A stretch of DNA of 64,000 nucleotides from contig CAVQRM010000001.1 in NCBI GenBank assembly GCA_963715245.1, positions 1,051,797-1,115,796 on the forward strand, read 5' to 3'. A model generated the notes under the pieces. The model worked only from the letters and a program-made list of their open reading frames with translations, had not been told where the DNA came from and ran no database searches. The stretch comes from an uncultured Chloroflexia bacterium (lineage in GTDB: Bacteria; Chloroflexota; Limnocylindria; Limnocylindrales; CSP1-4). The position numbers and the translations under genes were made by a program. Positions 49,588 through 58,606 of the stretch are shown here, piece after piece. Each line of letters starts with the position of its first letter. Positions within the stretch are counted from its first letter, which is position 1.

Positions 49588-50610
49588 TCATGAGAGGCCC
49601 AGCAGGAAGAAGCCGTACCACGCGAGGCCGCCCATGATGCCTGCCATCGGGATCGTGAGCACCCATGCGACGAGGATGCGGCGGGCGACGCCCCACTTGA
49701 CGCCCCGGATGCCGCGGCTCGTGCCGACGCCCATGATCGCGCTCGAGATGACGTGGGTGGTCGAGACCGGCATGCCGAAGTGCGCCGCGCCGTAGATGAT
49801 CGTCGCGGCCGTGGTCTCCGCGGCGAACCCGTGGATCGGCTCGAGGTCCACGACGCGGTGCCCCATCGTCTGCATGATCCGCCAGCCGCCGACCGCGGTG
49901 CCCAGCGAGAGCGCGGTGGCCGACACCACGATCACCCAGAACGGAACCTCGATGCTGGAGATGACGCCGGCCGAGAACAGGGCGAGGGTGATGATCCCCA
50001 TCGTCTTCTGGGCGTCGTTGGAGCCGTGGGCGAAGGCCATGAACCCGGCGGAGAAGATCTGCATCCGTCGGAAGACGTTCGACATGCGCCGTCGATCCGG
50101 CCCCTGGCGTCGCCCGGCGAGGACCCAGACCAGCCAGCTCAGCATGACCATCAGCAGCAGCGCGGCGAAGAACCCGATGAGCGGCGAGCTCACGAGCGGG
50201 ACCAGGACCTTGTCGAACACGCCCTGGAGGTTGACGGCCCCGATCCCGACGGCGGCGATCGTCGCGCCGAGGAGCCCGCCGATCAGCGCGTGGCTGCTGG
50301 AGCTCGGCAGCCCCAGCCACCACGTGATGAGGTTCCAGGTGATCGCGCCGATCAGGGACGCCGCGACGATCGCCTGGGTCGTCGTCTGCTCGTCGACGAG
50401 CCCGGCCCCGATGGTCTTGGCGACGGCGGTGCCCGCGAACGCGCCGACGAAGTTGAAGAACGCCGCCATCAGCAGCGCGTACTGCGGACGGAGGGCTCTC
50501 GTTGCCACGGAGGTCGCGATGGCGTTGGCGGTGTCGTGGAAGCCGTTGATGTAGTCGAACGCGACCGCGAGCGCGACCACGAAGACGAGCATCAGCGTGA
50601 CGCCTTCGAT
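49588..50610 (-). CDS. pit: Inorganic phosphate transporter (PiT family); start uncertain (ATC 50610 or ATG 50592)
   Basis: NGFHDTANAIAT, GLPSSSSHAL, HGSNDAQKTMG, GMPVSTTH. Confidence 0.95.
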   Translation of the reverse strand: MEGVTLMLVFVVALAVAFDYINGFHDTANAIATSVATRALRPQYALLMAAFFNFVGAFAGTAVAKTIGAGLVDEQTTTQAIVAASLIGAITWNLITWWLGLPSSSSHALIGGLLGATIAAVGIGAVNLQGVFDKVLVPLVSSPLIGFFAALLLMVMLSWLVWVLAGRRQGPDRRRMSNVFRRMQIFSAGFMAFAHGSNDAQKTMGIITLALFSAGVISSIEVPFWVIVVSATALSLGTAVGGWRIMQTMGHRVVDLEPIHGFAAETTAATIIYGAAHFGMPVSTTHVISSAIMGVGTSRGIRGVKWGVARRILVAWVLTIPMAGIMGGLAWYGFFLLGLS

Positions 50611-50886
50611 GAGGGACCTCCTCGCGTTGGGTATGGCCGTGACGGGCACCGGGACGCGCGTCCTCAGGATAGCCAATTGTTAACGTGGTGATGGTCAGGC
50701 GTTGACCGGATCGCCCGAAGGTGGCGGCAAGCCCGCCGGCGTCCCGGCCCGCGACCTCCTCCGGGCTCGGCGACGACCACGGGCGCGCCACCCAGGACCC
50801 GCCCTCGTCCGCGCTGCTCCTCCGTGCGGACGAGGGCGTCCGGTCCTGGGGCCGGGCCGGCGCCTGCGCCCGGTATCCTTCGCGCC

Positions 50887-52599
50887 ATGCGCCTGAGCCA
50901 CCTGTTCTTCACCACGCTCCGCGACGATCCCTCCGAGGCGGAGATGCCGTCCCATCGCCTGCTGCTGCGAGCGGGCTACGTGCGCCAGCTTGGGGCCGGC
51001 ATCTACTCGCTGCTGCCGCTCGGGTTCCGCGTGAACCAGCGCGTCGAGCAGGTCATCCGCGAGGAGCTCAACGCGATCGGCGGCCAGGAGATGGAGATGC
51101 CGGTCGTGCACCCGGCGGACCTGTGGCGCGAATCCGGTCGCTACGACGCGATCGGCCCCGAGATGGCCCGGTTCAAGGATCGATCGGACCGCGACATGGT
51201 GCTCGCGATGACCCACGAGGAGGTCGTCGCCGACCTCCTGCGCGACATCGTCCGGAGCTACCGCCAGCTGCCGTTCATCGTCTACCACTTCCAGACGAAG
51301 TTCCGCGACGAGCCGCGGTCGCGCGGCGGCCTGATCCGGGTGCGCGAGTTCGTCATGAAGGACAGCTACACGTGTGACCGGGACGAGGCCGGCCTCGACG
51401 TCGCGTACTGGGCCCACCACCGCGCCTACACCCGGATCTTCGAGCGCCTCGGCCTCAAGGCGATCGCCGTCAGTTCGGACGTGGGGATGATGGGCGGGTC
51501 GCTCGCCCACGAGTTCATGGTCCTCAACCCGGCCGGCGAGGACGTGCTCGTCATCTGCGAGGCGTGCGGGTACGCGGCCAACCGCCAGGTCGCGCCGACC
51601 GTCGCCACGGAGCCCGTCGCGGAGGAGGCCCTCCCCGTCGAGGAGGTCGAGACGCCGGACACCACGACGATCGACGCGCTCGCGGCCTTCCTCGACATCC
51701 CGACCAGCCGGACCGCCAAGGCGGCGTTCTTCGTGACCGGTGAGGGCCGGTTCGTCGTGGCCATCGTGCGCGGCGACTACGACGTGAACGAGACCAAGCT
51801 TGTCAACGCGATCAAGGCCGTCGGCGGCCTCCGCCCGGCGCAGGTCGAGGAGATCAAGGCGCGTGGCATGGAGGCCGGGTACGGCTCGCCGATCGGGGCG
51901 CGCGACGCGGTCGTCGTCGTGGACGCCCTGGCCGCGAAGAGCCCCAATCTCGTAGCCGGGGCGAACCGGCCCGGGTGGCACCTGCGCAACGTCAACGTGC
52001 CCCGTGACTACACGCCGGACGTCGTCACCGACATCGCCAACGTCCGCGAGGGCGACGCCTGTCCGGACTGCGGCGGACCCGTGATCCTGCGCAACGGCAT
52101 CGAGGTCGGCAACATCTTCAAGCTCGGGACGAAATACTCCAAGGCCCTCGGCGCCGAGTACCTGGGCGAGGACGGCGAGCGCCACCCGATCGTCATGGGC
52201 TCGTACGGGATCGGGCTCGGGCGGAACGTCGCCTGCATCGTCGAGGCGCACCACGACGAGAAGGGGATCGCCTGGCCCGAGGAGGTCGCGCCGTATGCGG
52301 CGCACCTCGTGGCGATCGGCGCGAACAAGGACCCACAGGTGCTCGAGACCGCCGAGCGACTGCACGACCTGGCGGCCGCCGCCGGGCGCGAGATCCTGTT
52401 CGACGACCGCGAGGAGTCACCGGGCGTCAAGTTCACCGACGCGGAGCTGCTCGGCATGCCGTGGATCATCACCGTGAGCCCGCGGTCCCTTGCCGCCGGC
52501 GGCGCCGAGGTGACCAACCGGGCAACGGGTGAGCGCATGGTCCGCTCGCTCGACGACGTCACCGCCTTCCTCGAGGGGCGGGCGCCGGCCCACGGCTAG
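50887..52599 (+). CDS. proS: Proline--tRNA ligase (bacterial type, with editing insertion)
   Basis: SHRLLLRAG, THEEV, KFRDEPRSRGGLIRVREFVMKDSY, GIEVGNIFKLG, MGSYGIG. Confidence 0.97.
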   Translation: MRLSHLFFTTLRDDPSEAEMPSHRLLLRAGYVRQLGAGIYSLLPLGFRVNQRVEQVIREELNAIGGQEMEMPVVHPADLWRESGRYDAIGPEMARFKDRSDRDMVLAMTHEEVVADLLRDIVRSYRQLPFIVYHFQTKFRDEPRSRGGLIRVREFVMKDSYTCDRDEAGLDVAYWAHHRAYTRIFERLGLKAIAVSSDVGMMGGSLAHEFMVLNPAGEDVLVICEACGYAANRQVAPTVATEPVAEEALPVEEVETPDTTTIDALAAFLDIPTSRTAKAAFFVTGEGRFVVAIVRGDYDVNETKLVNAIKAVGGLRPAQVEEIKARGMEAGYGSPIGARDAVVVVDALAAKSPNLVAGANRPGWHLRNVNVPRDYTPDVVTDIANVREGDACPDCGGPVILRNGIEVGNIFKLGTKYSKALGAEYLGEDGERHPIVMGSYGIGLGRNVACIVEAHHDEKGIAWPEEVAPYAAHLVAIGANKDPQVLETAERLHDLAAAAGREILFDDREESPGVKFTDAELLGMPWIITVSPRSLAAGGAEVTNRATGERMVRSLDDVTAFLEGRAPAHG

Positions 52600-52618
52600 G
52601 CCCGGCCGGGAACCTCTC

Positions 52619-53734
52619 ATGCCCGGCGGCCTCCTGCCCGACGACGATCTCTACGCGCGCCTCGAGCTGGGCGTCGACGCCTCCCCCGAGGCGATCGAGG
52701 TCGCCTGGCGGGCGCTGCTCAAGCGCCACCATCCGGATGTCGCCGGCAGCGGTGACGCTGCGCTGGCGCGCGCCAAGCGGATCAACGTGGCCCACGACTG
52801 GCTGAGCGACCCGTCGCTCCGCGCCCGCTACGACGAGGAGCGACTTGGGCTCGCGCCGGTTGCCCGAGGCGGGGCGCGGGGGCCCGGCTACCGCCCTCGT
52901 GTCGCCCATCAGCCGTGGGCCCGCCAGCACGGATCGAGGGCCGCGGCCCCGCGCCCCTCGACGCGCCCGGATCTCGTCCGTGGCGACCCGGCGGAGCGGC
53001 TCGCGCGGTTTCTGGCCCGAGTCGAACGGCTGACCCCGGACGAGCTCGACCGCCTCGCCGCGGCCGAGCCGCCGCCGATCGCGTTCCTGGCGACGGTCCG
53101 ACGCTTCCTCCCGCCCGATGCCATGGCCTCGTTCTCGGACGTGGAGGCGGCGCTCGTCGCCCGCGTGCCGCCGGAGCGATGGACGGAGGTCGGCCTGCGG
53201 GAGGGGCTGCTGGGCGTCGCGGCGGAGCTCGTGCTCGCCCCGTTCCTCGACGACCTCCTCGCCGAGCCGTTCCGGGGTCGGGCGCGCGATCGCCTGCTGC
53301 GCGCCTGGGAGGCGAGCCTCGACCAGCCGCGCTATGGCCCCAACGGCGACGGTGTCACGGCCCTGCGGGACCGGATGTCCTCGCTGACCCGCGAAGAGCT
53401 CGCGGCGTTCATCCGCGGCTCGCAGGGGATCGACGGTGCAGACCGTCCGTGGCCCCCCTCCCTCGACCGCGACGAGGACGAGGCCCTCCGCATCTCGGCC
53501 CTGCTCGCCGCGCGCGACGTCGCGGCAGCGACACCCGTGGACCACCTGGCGCCCGCCGTCGCGACCCGCGCCCACCGGCTCGCATCCCGCCTGGGCCACG
53601 TCACCGCGCTCCGCCACGCGTTCCCAGCCGCCGTCTTCGACGGCCTCGCGGCCCCGTTCGCGGCAGCGACGGGGAGCCGCCGGACGTCCGCTGGCCCGGG
53701 TGGCGAGGGCCCCGACGTGCGGCGAGCACGGTGA
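52619..53734 (+). CDS. J-domain protein with an unknown helical C-terminal region
   Basis: DLYARLEL...IEVAWRALLKRHHPD...INVAHDWLSDPSLRARYD. Confidence 0.8.
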   Translation: MPGGLLPDDDLYARLELGVDASPEAIEVAWRALLKRHHPDVAGSGDAALARAKRINVAHDWLSDPSLRARYDEERLGLAPVARGGARGPGYRPRVAHQPWARQHGSRAAAPRPSTRPDLVRGDPAERLARFLARVERLTPDELDRLAAAEPPPIAFLATVRRFLPPDAMASFSDVEAALVARVPPERWTEVGLREGLLGVAAELVLAPFLDDLLAEPFRGRARDRLLRAWEASLDQPRYGPNGDGVTALRDRMSSLTREELAAFIRGSQGIDGADRPWPPSLDRDEDEALRISALLAARDVAAATPVDHLAPAVATRAHRLASRLGHVTALRHAFPAAVFDGLAAPFAAATGSRRTSAGPGGEGPDVRRAR

Positions 53735-53803
53735 GGCAGGCAGCCCGTGGCACGGTGAGGCCGGGATCCCCTCCCGTTTACCTGGGTGTGCGATCCTCGG
53801 GGC

Positions 53804-55030
53804 ATGGATAGCGCCGTCGCCATCGCGCTCGTCGGGCTCGTCGGGGCGCTCCTCGCGGCGCTCTACGTCATGCGCCGCCGGGCCGACGAGCTGGACCGGT
53901 TGCTGGCGTCGGCCCGGGCCTCGGCGACGCCCCCCGGGGCCGAGGCGGGGCCGGACCCTGCGGCGGCCTCGTCGGCCGGCGCGCTCGAGGATCTCCTGCC
54001 CGTCGGCATCCTGCGGCTCGACGACCTGATGCACATCCGGGAGGCAAACCCCAGGGCGCACACGCTGCTCGGGGTCGCCCCGGGACGGCTCGCCGGCCGC
54101 TCCGTGATGGAGGCGTTCCTCGATACCCGCGTCGAGGACGTGCTCACCGGTGTCGCCCCCAGCGGCACCGCCACGACCGAGATCCGGACCGGCGAGGGTG
54201 AGCCGCGCGTGATCCTGCTCCGGGCCTCCCACCCGCCCGGCGACGGGGTCGTGGTGGTGATGGAGGACGTCACCGAGCTGCGTCGGCTCCAGCAGATCCG
54301 GAGCGAGTTCATCGACAACCTGAGCCACGAGCTCCGGACGCCGCTCTCGACGGTCAGCCTGCTCGCCGAGACGCTCGCCCGTGACGCGGAGCGGGCCGAC
54401 GTTCCCCCGCGCATGAAGGAGCGGATCCAGAAGGTGGAGGTGGAGACCGGCCACCTCGTGCAGATGGTCAGCGAGCTCCTCGACCTCGCGCGGATCGAGG
54501 GCGGGAGCCAGCTCCAGGTCGAGGACGACGTGGACCTGGGCCGGCTCGCCGAGGCCTCCGCGGAACGGCTGCGGCTGTTCGCGGAGCGGCAGGGTGTCAC
54601 GCTGGTCGTGGACGTGGAGCCCGCGATGCCCGCGATCCGCGGCGACGAGGCCCGTCTCGGGCAGGTCTTCGTCAACCTCGTCCACAACGCCGTGAAGTTC
54701 AGCCCGGACGGCGGCGAGGTGCGCATCGCCGTCCGCCACGACGGCGAAGAGGCCGTCGCCTCGGTGCAGGACCACGGGATCGGGATCGCCAAGGCCGACC
54801 GCACGCGCGTGTTCGAGCGCTTCTACAAGGCTGACCGCGCCCGCGTCCGTGGCGGTGGCACGGGTCTCGGCCTGTCGATCGCACGCCATGTCGTCGCGGC
54901 ACACGGGGGCCGGATCTGGGTGGATTCGGAGGAGGGCCGGGGGTCCACCTTCTCGTTCGCGATCCCGCTCGCCGCGGCGTTCGCCGGGACCGCCTCGGCA
55001 GCCACCGGCGCCCAGCCGCCCAGCCCCTGA
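53804..55030 (+). CDS. Sensor histidine kinase (PhoR/SenX3-like)
   Basis: One N-terminal TM, PAS-like region, EFIDNLSHELRTPL, NLVHNAVKFS, DHGIGI, FERFYKADRAR, GTGLGLSI. Confidence 0.92.
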   Translation: MDSAVAIALVGLVGALLAALYVMRRRADELDRLLASARASATPPGAEAGPDPAAASSAGALEDLLPVGILRLDDLMHIREANPRAHTLLGVAPGRLAGRSVMEAFLDTRVEDVLTGVAPSGTATTEIRTGEGEPRVILLRASHPPGDGVVVVMEDVTELRRLQQIRSEFIDNLSHELRTPLSTVSLLAETLARDAERADVPPRMKERIQKVEVETGHLVQMVSELLDLARIEGGSQLQVEDDVDLGRLAEASAERLRLFAERQGVTLVVDVEPAMPAIRGDEARLGQVFVNLVHNAVKFSPDGGEVRIAVRHDGEEAVASVQDHGIGIAKADRTRVFERFYKADRARVRGGGTGLGLSIARHVVAAHGGRIWVDSEEGRGSTFSFAIPLAAAFAGTASAATGAQPPSP

Positions 55031-55045
55031 CCGGAGGCCGATCGC

Positions 55046-55795
55046 GTGGACCACCTGCTCGTCGCGACGCTCAACATCCTCAACCTCGCGGATCGGTGGG
55101 AAGAGCGCCTGCCGCTCCTGCTCTCGGACATGGCCGCGCTGCAGCCGGATCTCATCGGGCTCCAGGAGGTCGTCTACCCGATGCAGCAGGACCGCCTGCT
55201 CGGCGCCGCGGGCGAGGGACGCTACGAGGCGATACGGGGATGGGCCGGCCGACCCGAGTACGGCAACAGCCTGCTCGTCAAGGCGCCGCTCGTCGCCGGC
55301 GAGTGCGACCGGCTCGACCTCGGCGCGAAGCGTGCCGCCCATCGCGTGCGCGTGACGCTGCCCGGCGGTGCGCGCCTGGTGTTCGCGGTCACCCACCTCC
55401 ACCACCTGCCCCCCGACGCTGCGATCCGCCTCGCCCAGGTGGAGCAGCTCCTCCCGTGGCTCGACGCGGCCCCGGAGCACGACGCGCTCGTCGTCGTCGG
55501 TGACTTCAACGCGGCTCCCGGCGAGGCAGCCGCCTCCCGGATGCGCGAGGCGGGCTTCCGGTCCGCGTTTGCCGAGGCGAACGGCGCGGACCCGGCCGTG
55601 ACCTGGCCCTCGGGCCTGCAGGCGCCCGCGATGGACACCGATGGCGTGCCCGCGTGCCTCGACTACATCTGGGTGCGGGGCATGGTCCAGGTGGACGAGG
55701 CGCGGCTGTTCGCGGACCGGCCGGCCGCGGGCGACCCGACGCTGTACCCGTCCGACCACCTCGGGATCGCGGCGCGCCTGGCGGTCGTGGAGTGA
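55046..55795 (+). CDS. Endonuclease/exonuclease/phosphatase (EEP) family protein
   Basis: ATLNI, DLIGLQEV, VTHLH, GDFNA, LDYIW, PSDH. Confidence 0.9.
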   Translation: MDHLLVATLNILNLADRWEERLPLLLSDMAALQPDLIGLQEVVYPMQQDRLLGAAGEGRYEAIRGWAGRPEYGNSLLVKAPLVAGECDRLDLGAKRAAHRVRVTLPGGARLVFAVTHLHHLPPDAAIRLAQVEQLLPWLDAAPEHDALVVVGDFNAAPGEAAASRMREAGFRSAFAEANGADPAVTWPSGLQAPAMDTDGVPACLDYIWVRGMVQVDEARLFADRPAAGDPTLYPSDHLGIAARLAVVE

Positions 55796-56493
55796 CGGAC
55801 GGCGCGGCTCCATCCCGGCCGGCGCCCGGCACGCGCGCGCTCCGTCTCGCGCACCGTGGCGACTGGCGGCGGGCGCCCGAGAACAGCCTCGCCGCCCTCG
55901 TGGCGGCCATCGCCGTGCCGGGCTGCGATGGGGTCGAGTTCGACGTCCGCCTGAGTCACGACGGCGTGCCCGTGCTCCTCCACGACGAGACCCTGGCCCG
56001 GGTCCAGGGGCGGCCGCAGCGAGTCGACGCGCTGACCGGGGTGGAGGCCGCCGAGTTCGGGATCCCGAGCCTCGTGGACGTGCTCGCGGCGCTCCCGGCC
56101 GACGCGTTCCTGGACATCGAGCTCAAGGGCGATGATCACGGCGCGACGACGGCGGAGGTCCTGCGGGCCGGCCGCGGCGTCGCCCCGTCCCGCGCACTGC
56201 TCTCGTCGTTCGAGCCCTCGACGCTCGCCGCGATGGCCGATCGCCTCCCGGGCTGGCGCCGGTGGCTGAACACCGAGGATCTCGCGCCGCAGACGCTGTC
56301 GCTCGCAAGGGGCCTCGGTTGCGCGGGTGTCTCGGTCCTCTGGGGCTCCATCACGCCCCGTGCGGTGCGCGAAGCGGGCGACATCGGTCTCGAGGTGGCG
56401 GCGTGGACGGTCAGGCGCGTCGCGACGCGCGAGCGTCTCGCGCGCCTTGGGGTCGTGGCCTGCTGCGTCGAGGGTGCCGCCCTCGAGGGCTGA
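55792..56493 (+). CDS. Glycerophosphodiester phosphodiesterase
   Basis: AHRG, PENSL, VEFDVRLSHDGVPVLLHDETL, DIELK, LSSF, AAWTV; GTGA overlap. Confidence 0.9.
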   Translation: MTDGAAPSRPAPGTRALRLAHRGDWRRAPENSLAALVAAIAVPGCDGVEFDVRLSHDGVPVLLHDETLARVQGRPQRVDALTGVEAAEFGIPSLVDVLAALPADAFLDIELKGDDHGATTAEVLRAGRGVAPSRALLSSFEPSTLAAMADRLPGWRRWLNTEDLAPQTLSLARGLGCAGVSVLWGSITPRAVREAGDIGLEVAAWTVRRVATRERLARLGVVACCVEGAALEG

Positions 56494-56500
56494 CCCGGCG

Positions 56501-57622
56501 TCAGGTCGAGCCGGTGGCCGCCGTTCGTGATCCCGATCGCTTCGAGGCGGGCGGGCGCGTGGCATTCACGGCGACCGGGCCGTCGTCGGTGCCGGCGCCA
56601 TCCGGCAGCGGCGCGCTGTCGCCGGGGATGAGCTCCACGGGCAGTTGGATCGCGTGCGGTCCGTATGCTCCGGGCTCCGCGTCGAGGGCCTTGACGAGCT
56701 CGTGGACCGCGAGCTTGCCGAGCTCGTTGAGCGGCTGGCGGATGGTCGTGAGCGAGGGCGTGAACTGCGCGGCCTCCGGCCACCCGTCGAACCCGACGAC
56801 CGCGAGCTGGTCCGGGATCCGGATCCCGCGGGCGTTCGCGACGTGGAGCGCCCCGAGCGCGATCTGGTCGCTCGCGGCGAAGACGCCGTCGATGGTGGGA
56901 TCCTCGTCGAGGACCTGGGCGAAAGCGCTCGCCCCGCCGGCGGAGGACCAGCTCGCAACCGCCATCGGGCCGGGCTCCAGCCCCGCATCCTCGAGCGCGG
57001 CGAGCCAGCCGTCACGGCGATCGCGCGCCTCGCGCCACTCCAGCGGACCGGCGACATGGGCGATCCGCCGCCGGCCCAGGGCGAGCAGGTGCTCCGTCGC
57101 GAGCCGGGCCGCGGCGACGTTGTCGATCCCGATCGTCGTGTAGTCGCCGTTCGGCTCCGCCTTGAGAAACACCACCGGCGGCCCACCGGGCGGCAGCTGC
57201 TCCATGACGTGGCGGATGTTCGCCCCCAGCTGCGGCGGGGCGAAGATGATCCCCTCCACGCGGTGGGCGAGCAGGAAGTCGAGCACGGGCACGATGTCCG
57301 GCACGTCGAAGCTCGCGAGCTCCTTGAGGATGATCGAGTAGCCCGAGGCTTCGGCCTCCTCGGTCACGCCGTTGAGCGTCTGGGCCACGCCGAAGTACTT
57401 CAGGCCGGCGGCGATGACGCCGATCATCTGCGACCGGCGCTGCACCAGGCTCCGGGCGACGGCGCTGGGCTGGAACCCGTGCTTCGCGATCGCGGCCTCG
57501 ACCGCGACGCGCGTCTCGGGCGACACGTCCGGTCGCTTGTTGATCACGCGCGAGACGGTCTGCACGGAGACCCCGGTCATCCGGGCGATCTCCTTGATCG
57601 TCACCCTGTGCTGGCGTGCCAC
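56501..57622 (-). CDS. LacI-family regulator of the arabinose locus
   Basis: TIKEIARMTGVSVQTVSRVIN, AVARSL, GVFAASDQIALG, VVGFDG, PSLTTIRQP; divergent from araD/araA. Confidence 0.92.
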   Translation of the reverse strand: MARQHRVTIKEIARMTGVSVQTVSRVINKRPDVSPETRVAVEAAIAKHGFQPSAVARSLVQRRSQMIGVIAAGLKYFGVAQTLNGVTEEAEASGYSIILKELASFDVPDIVPVLDFLLAHRVEGIIFAPPQLGANIRHVMEQLPPGGPPVVFLKAEPNGDYTTIGIDNVAAARLATEHLLALGRRRIAHVAGPLEWREARDRRDGWLAALEDAGLEPGPMAVASWSSAGGASAFAQVLDEDPTIDGVFAASDQIALGALHVANARGIRIPDQLAVVGFDGWPEAAQFTPSLTTIRQPLNELGKLAVHELVKALDAEPGAYGPHAIQLPVELIPGDSAPLPDGAGTDDGPVAVNATRPPASKRSGSRTAATGST

Positions 57623-57695
57623 GGCGGGAGTGCGGTACCTCGGTGCTCGGCGTTGCCTGGGTGGGGGGTTCGCAGACGAGTATCGGTATGGTAGC

Positions 57696-57722
57696 GTGAA
57701 CGGTAACGGGAACGATAACGGC
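57696..57722. promoter_or_regulatory. Putative operator of the arabinose LacI (site 1)
   Basis: GTGAAC GGTAAC GGGAAC GATAAC hexamer run; ACGGGAACGATAACGGC (57706-57722) recurs exactly at 60223-60239. Confidence 0.7.
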
Positions 57723-57831
57723 CCCGCATCCCGTTGTCACCATTCGTCCTCACTCGCGACGGGCCCGTTCCGCCCCAAGCGCGATGCATCCAGGCCTGGC
57801 GCCGCGCCCGCCAACCGGCAGGAGACGAGCC

Positions 57832-57930
57832 TTGAGCAGGTACCCGACCGGCGACGACCCCGACGGCGCGTCCGAGCGCGCCGCCGGCCGTCGCAGGTGG
57901 CGCCCAGGATCGATGAGGGAGGCGCGCTGA
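57832..57930 (+). other. 32-codon ORF in the araB position (vestigial araB or leader ORF)
   Basis: AGGAGA RBS, TTG start, MSRYPTGDDPDGASERAAGRRRWRPGSMREAR; its stop overlaps the araD start (TGATG). Confidence 0.45.
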
Positions 57931-58577
57931 TGCTGCTCCAGGGGATCCGCGAGCAACTGGTCGAGCTGCATGCGCTCCTGCCGAAGTACGAGCTCGTCGT
58001 CTGGACGGGCGGCAACGTCAGCGCGCGCGATCCGGAGACCGGGCTGGTGGCCATCAAGCCGTCGGGCGTCTCCTACGAGGACCTCACGGCAGCGTCGATG
58101 GTCGTGCTGGACCCCGAGGGGACGGTCGTCGAGGGCGACTACGCCCCCAGCTCTGACACCTTCAGCCACCTCTACATCTACCGCCATCGCCCGGACGTCA
58201 ACGGCGTCGTCCATACGCACTCGCGCTACGCGACCGCCTTCGCGGCCGTCGGCCGCTCCATCCCCGTGTACCTCACGGCGCAGGCGGACGAGTTCGGGGG
58301 CGAGATCCCGTGTGCCGGGTTCTCGCTCATCGGCGACGACTCGATCGGGAGGCTGGTGGTGGAGGGGATCGGCACGTCGCCCGCGATCCTGCTCAAGAAC
58401 CACGGCGTGTTCACCGTGGGCGCCACGGCCAGAGCGGCGGTCAAGGCGGCCGTGATGACCGAGGACGTGGCGGCGACGGTGTTCATGGCCCTCCAGCTCG
58501 GCACGCCGGACGAGATCCCGGTGGACGCCGTCACGAAGCTCCACGACCGCTATATGAACGTCTACGGCCAGCGCTGA
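57930..58577 (+). CDS. araD: L-ribulose-5-phosphate 4-epimerase
   Basis: [55 protein letters not shown]. Confidence 0.93.
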   Translation: MLLQGIREQLVELHALLPKYELVVWTGGNVSARDPETGLVAIKPSGVSYEDLTAASMVVLDPEGTVVEGDYAPSSDTFSHLYIYRHRPDVNGVVHTHSRYATAFAAVGRSIPVYLTAQADEFGGEIPCAGFSLIGDDSIGRLVVEGIGTSPAILLKNHGVFTVGATARAAVKAAVMTEDVAATVFMALQLGTPDEIPVDAVTKLHDRYMNVYGQR

Positions 58578-58606
58578 GCGCGGGCCACCCCCAGGGAGAG
58601 TTCCTC

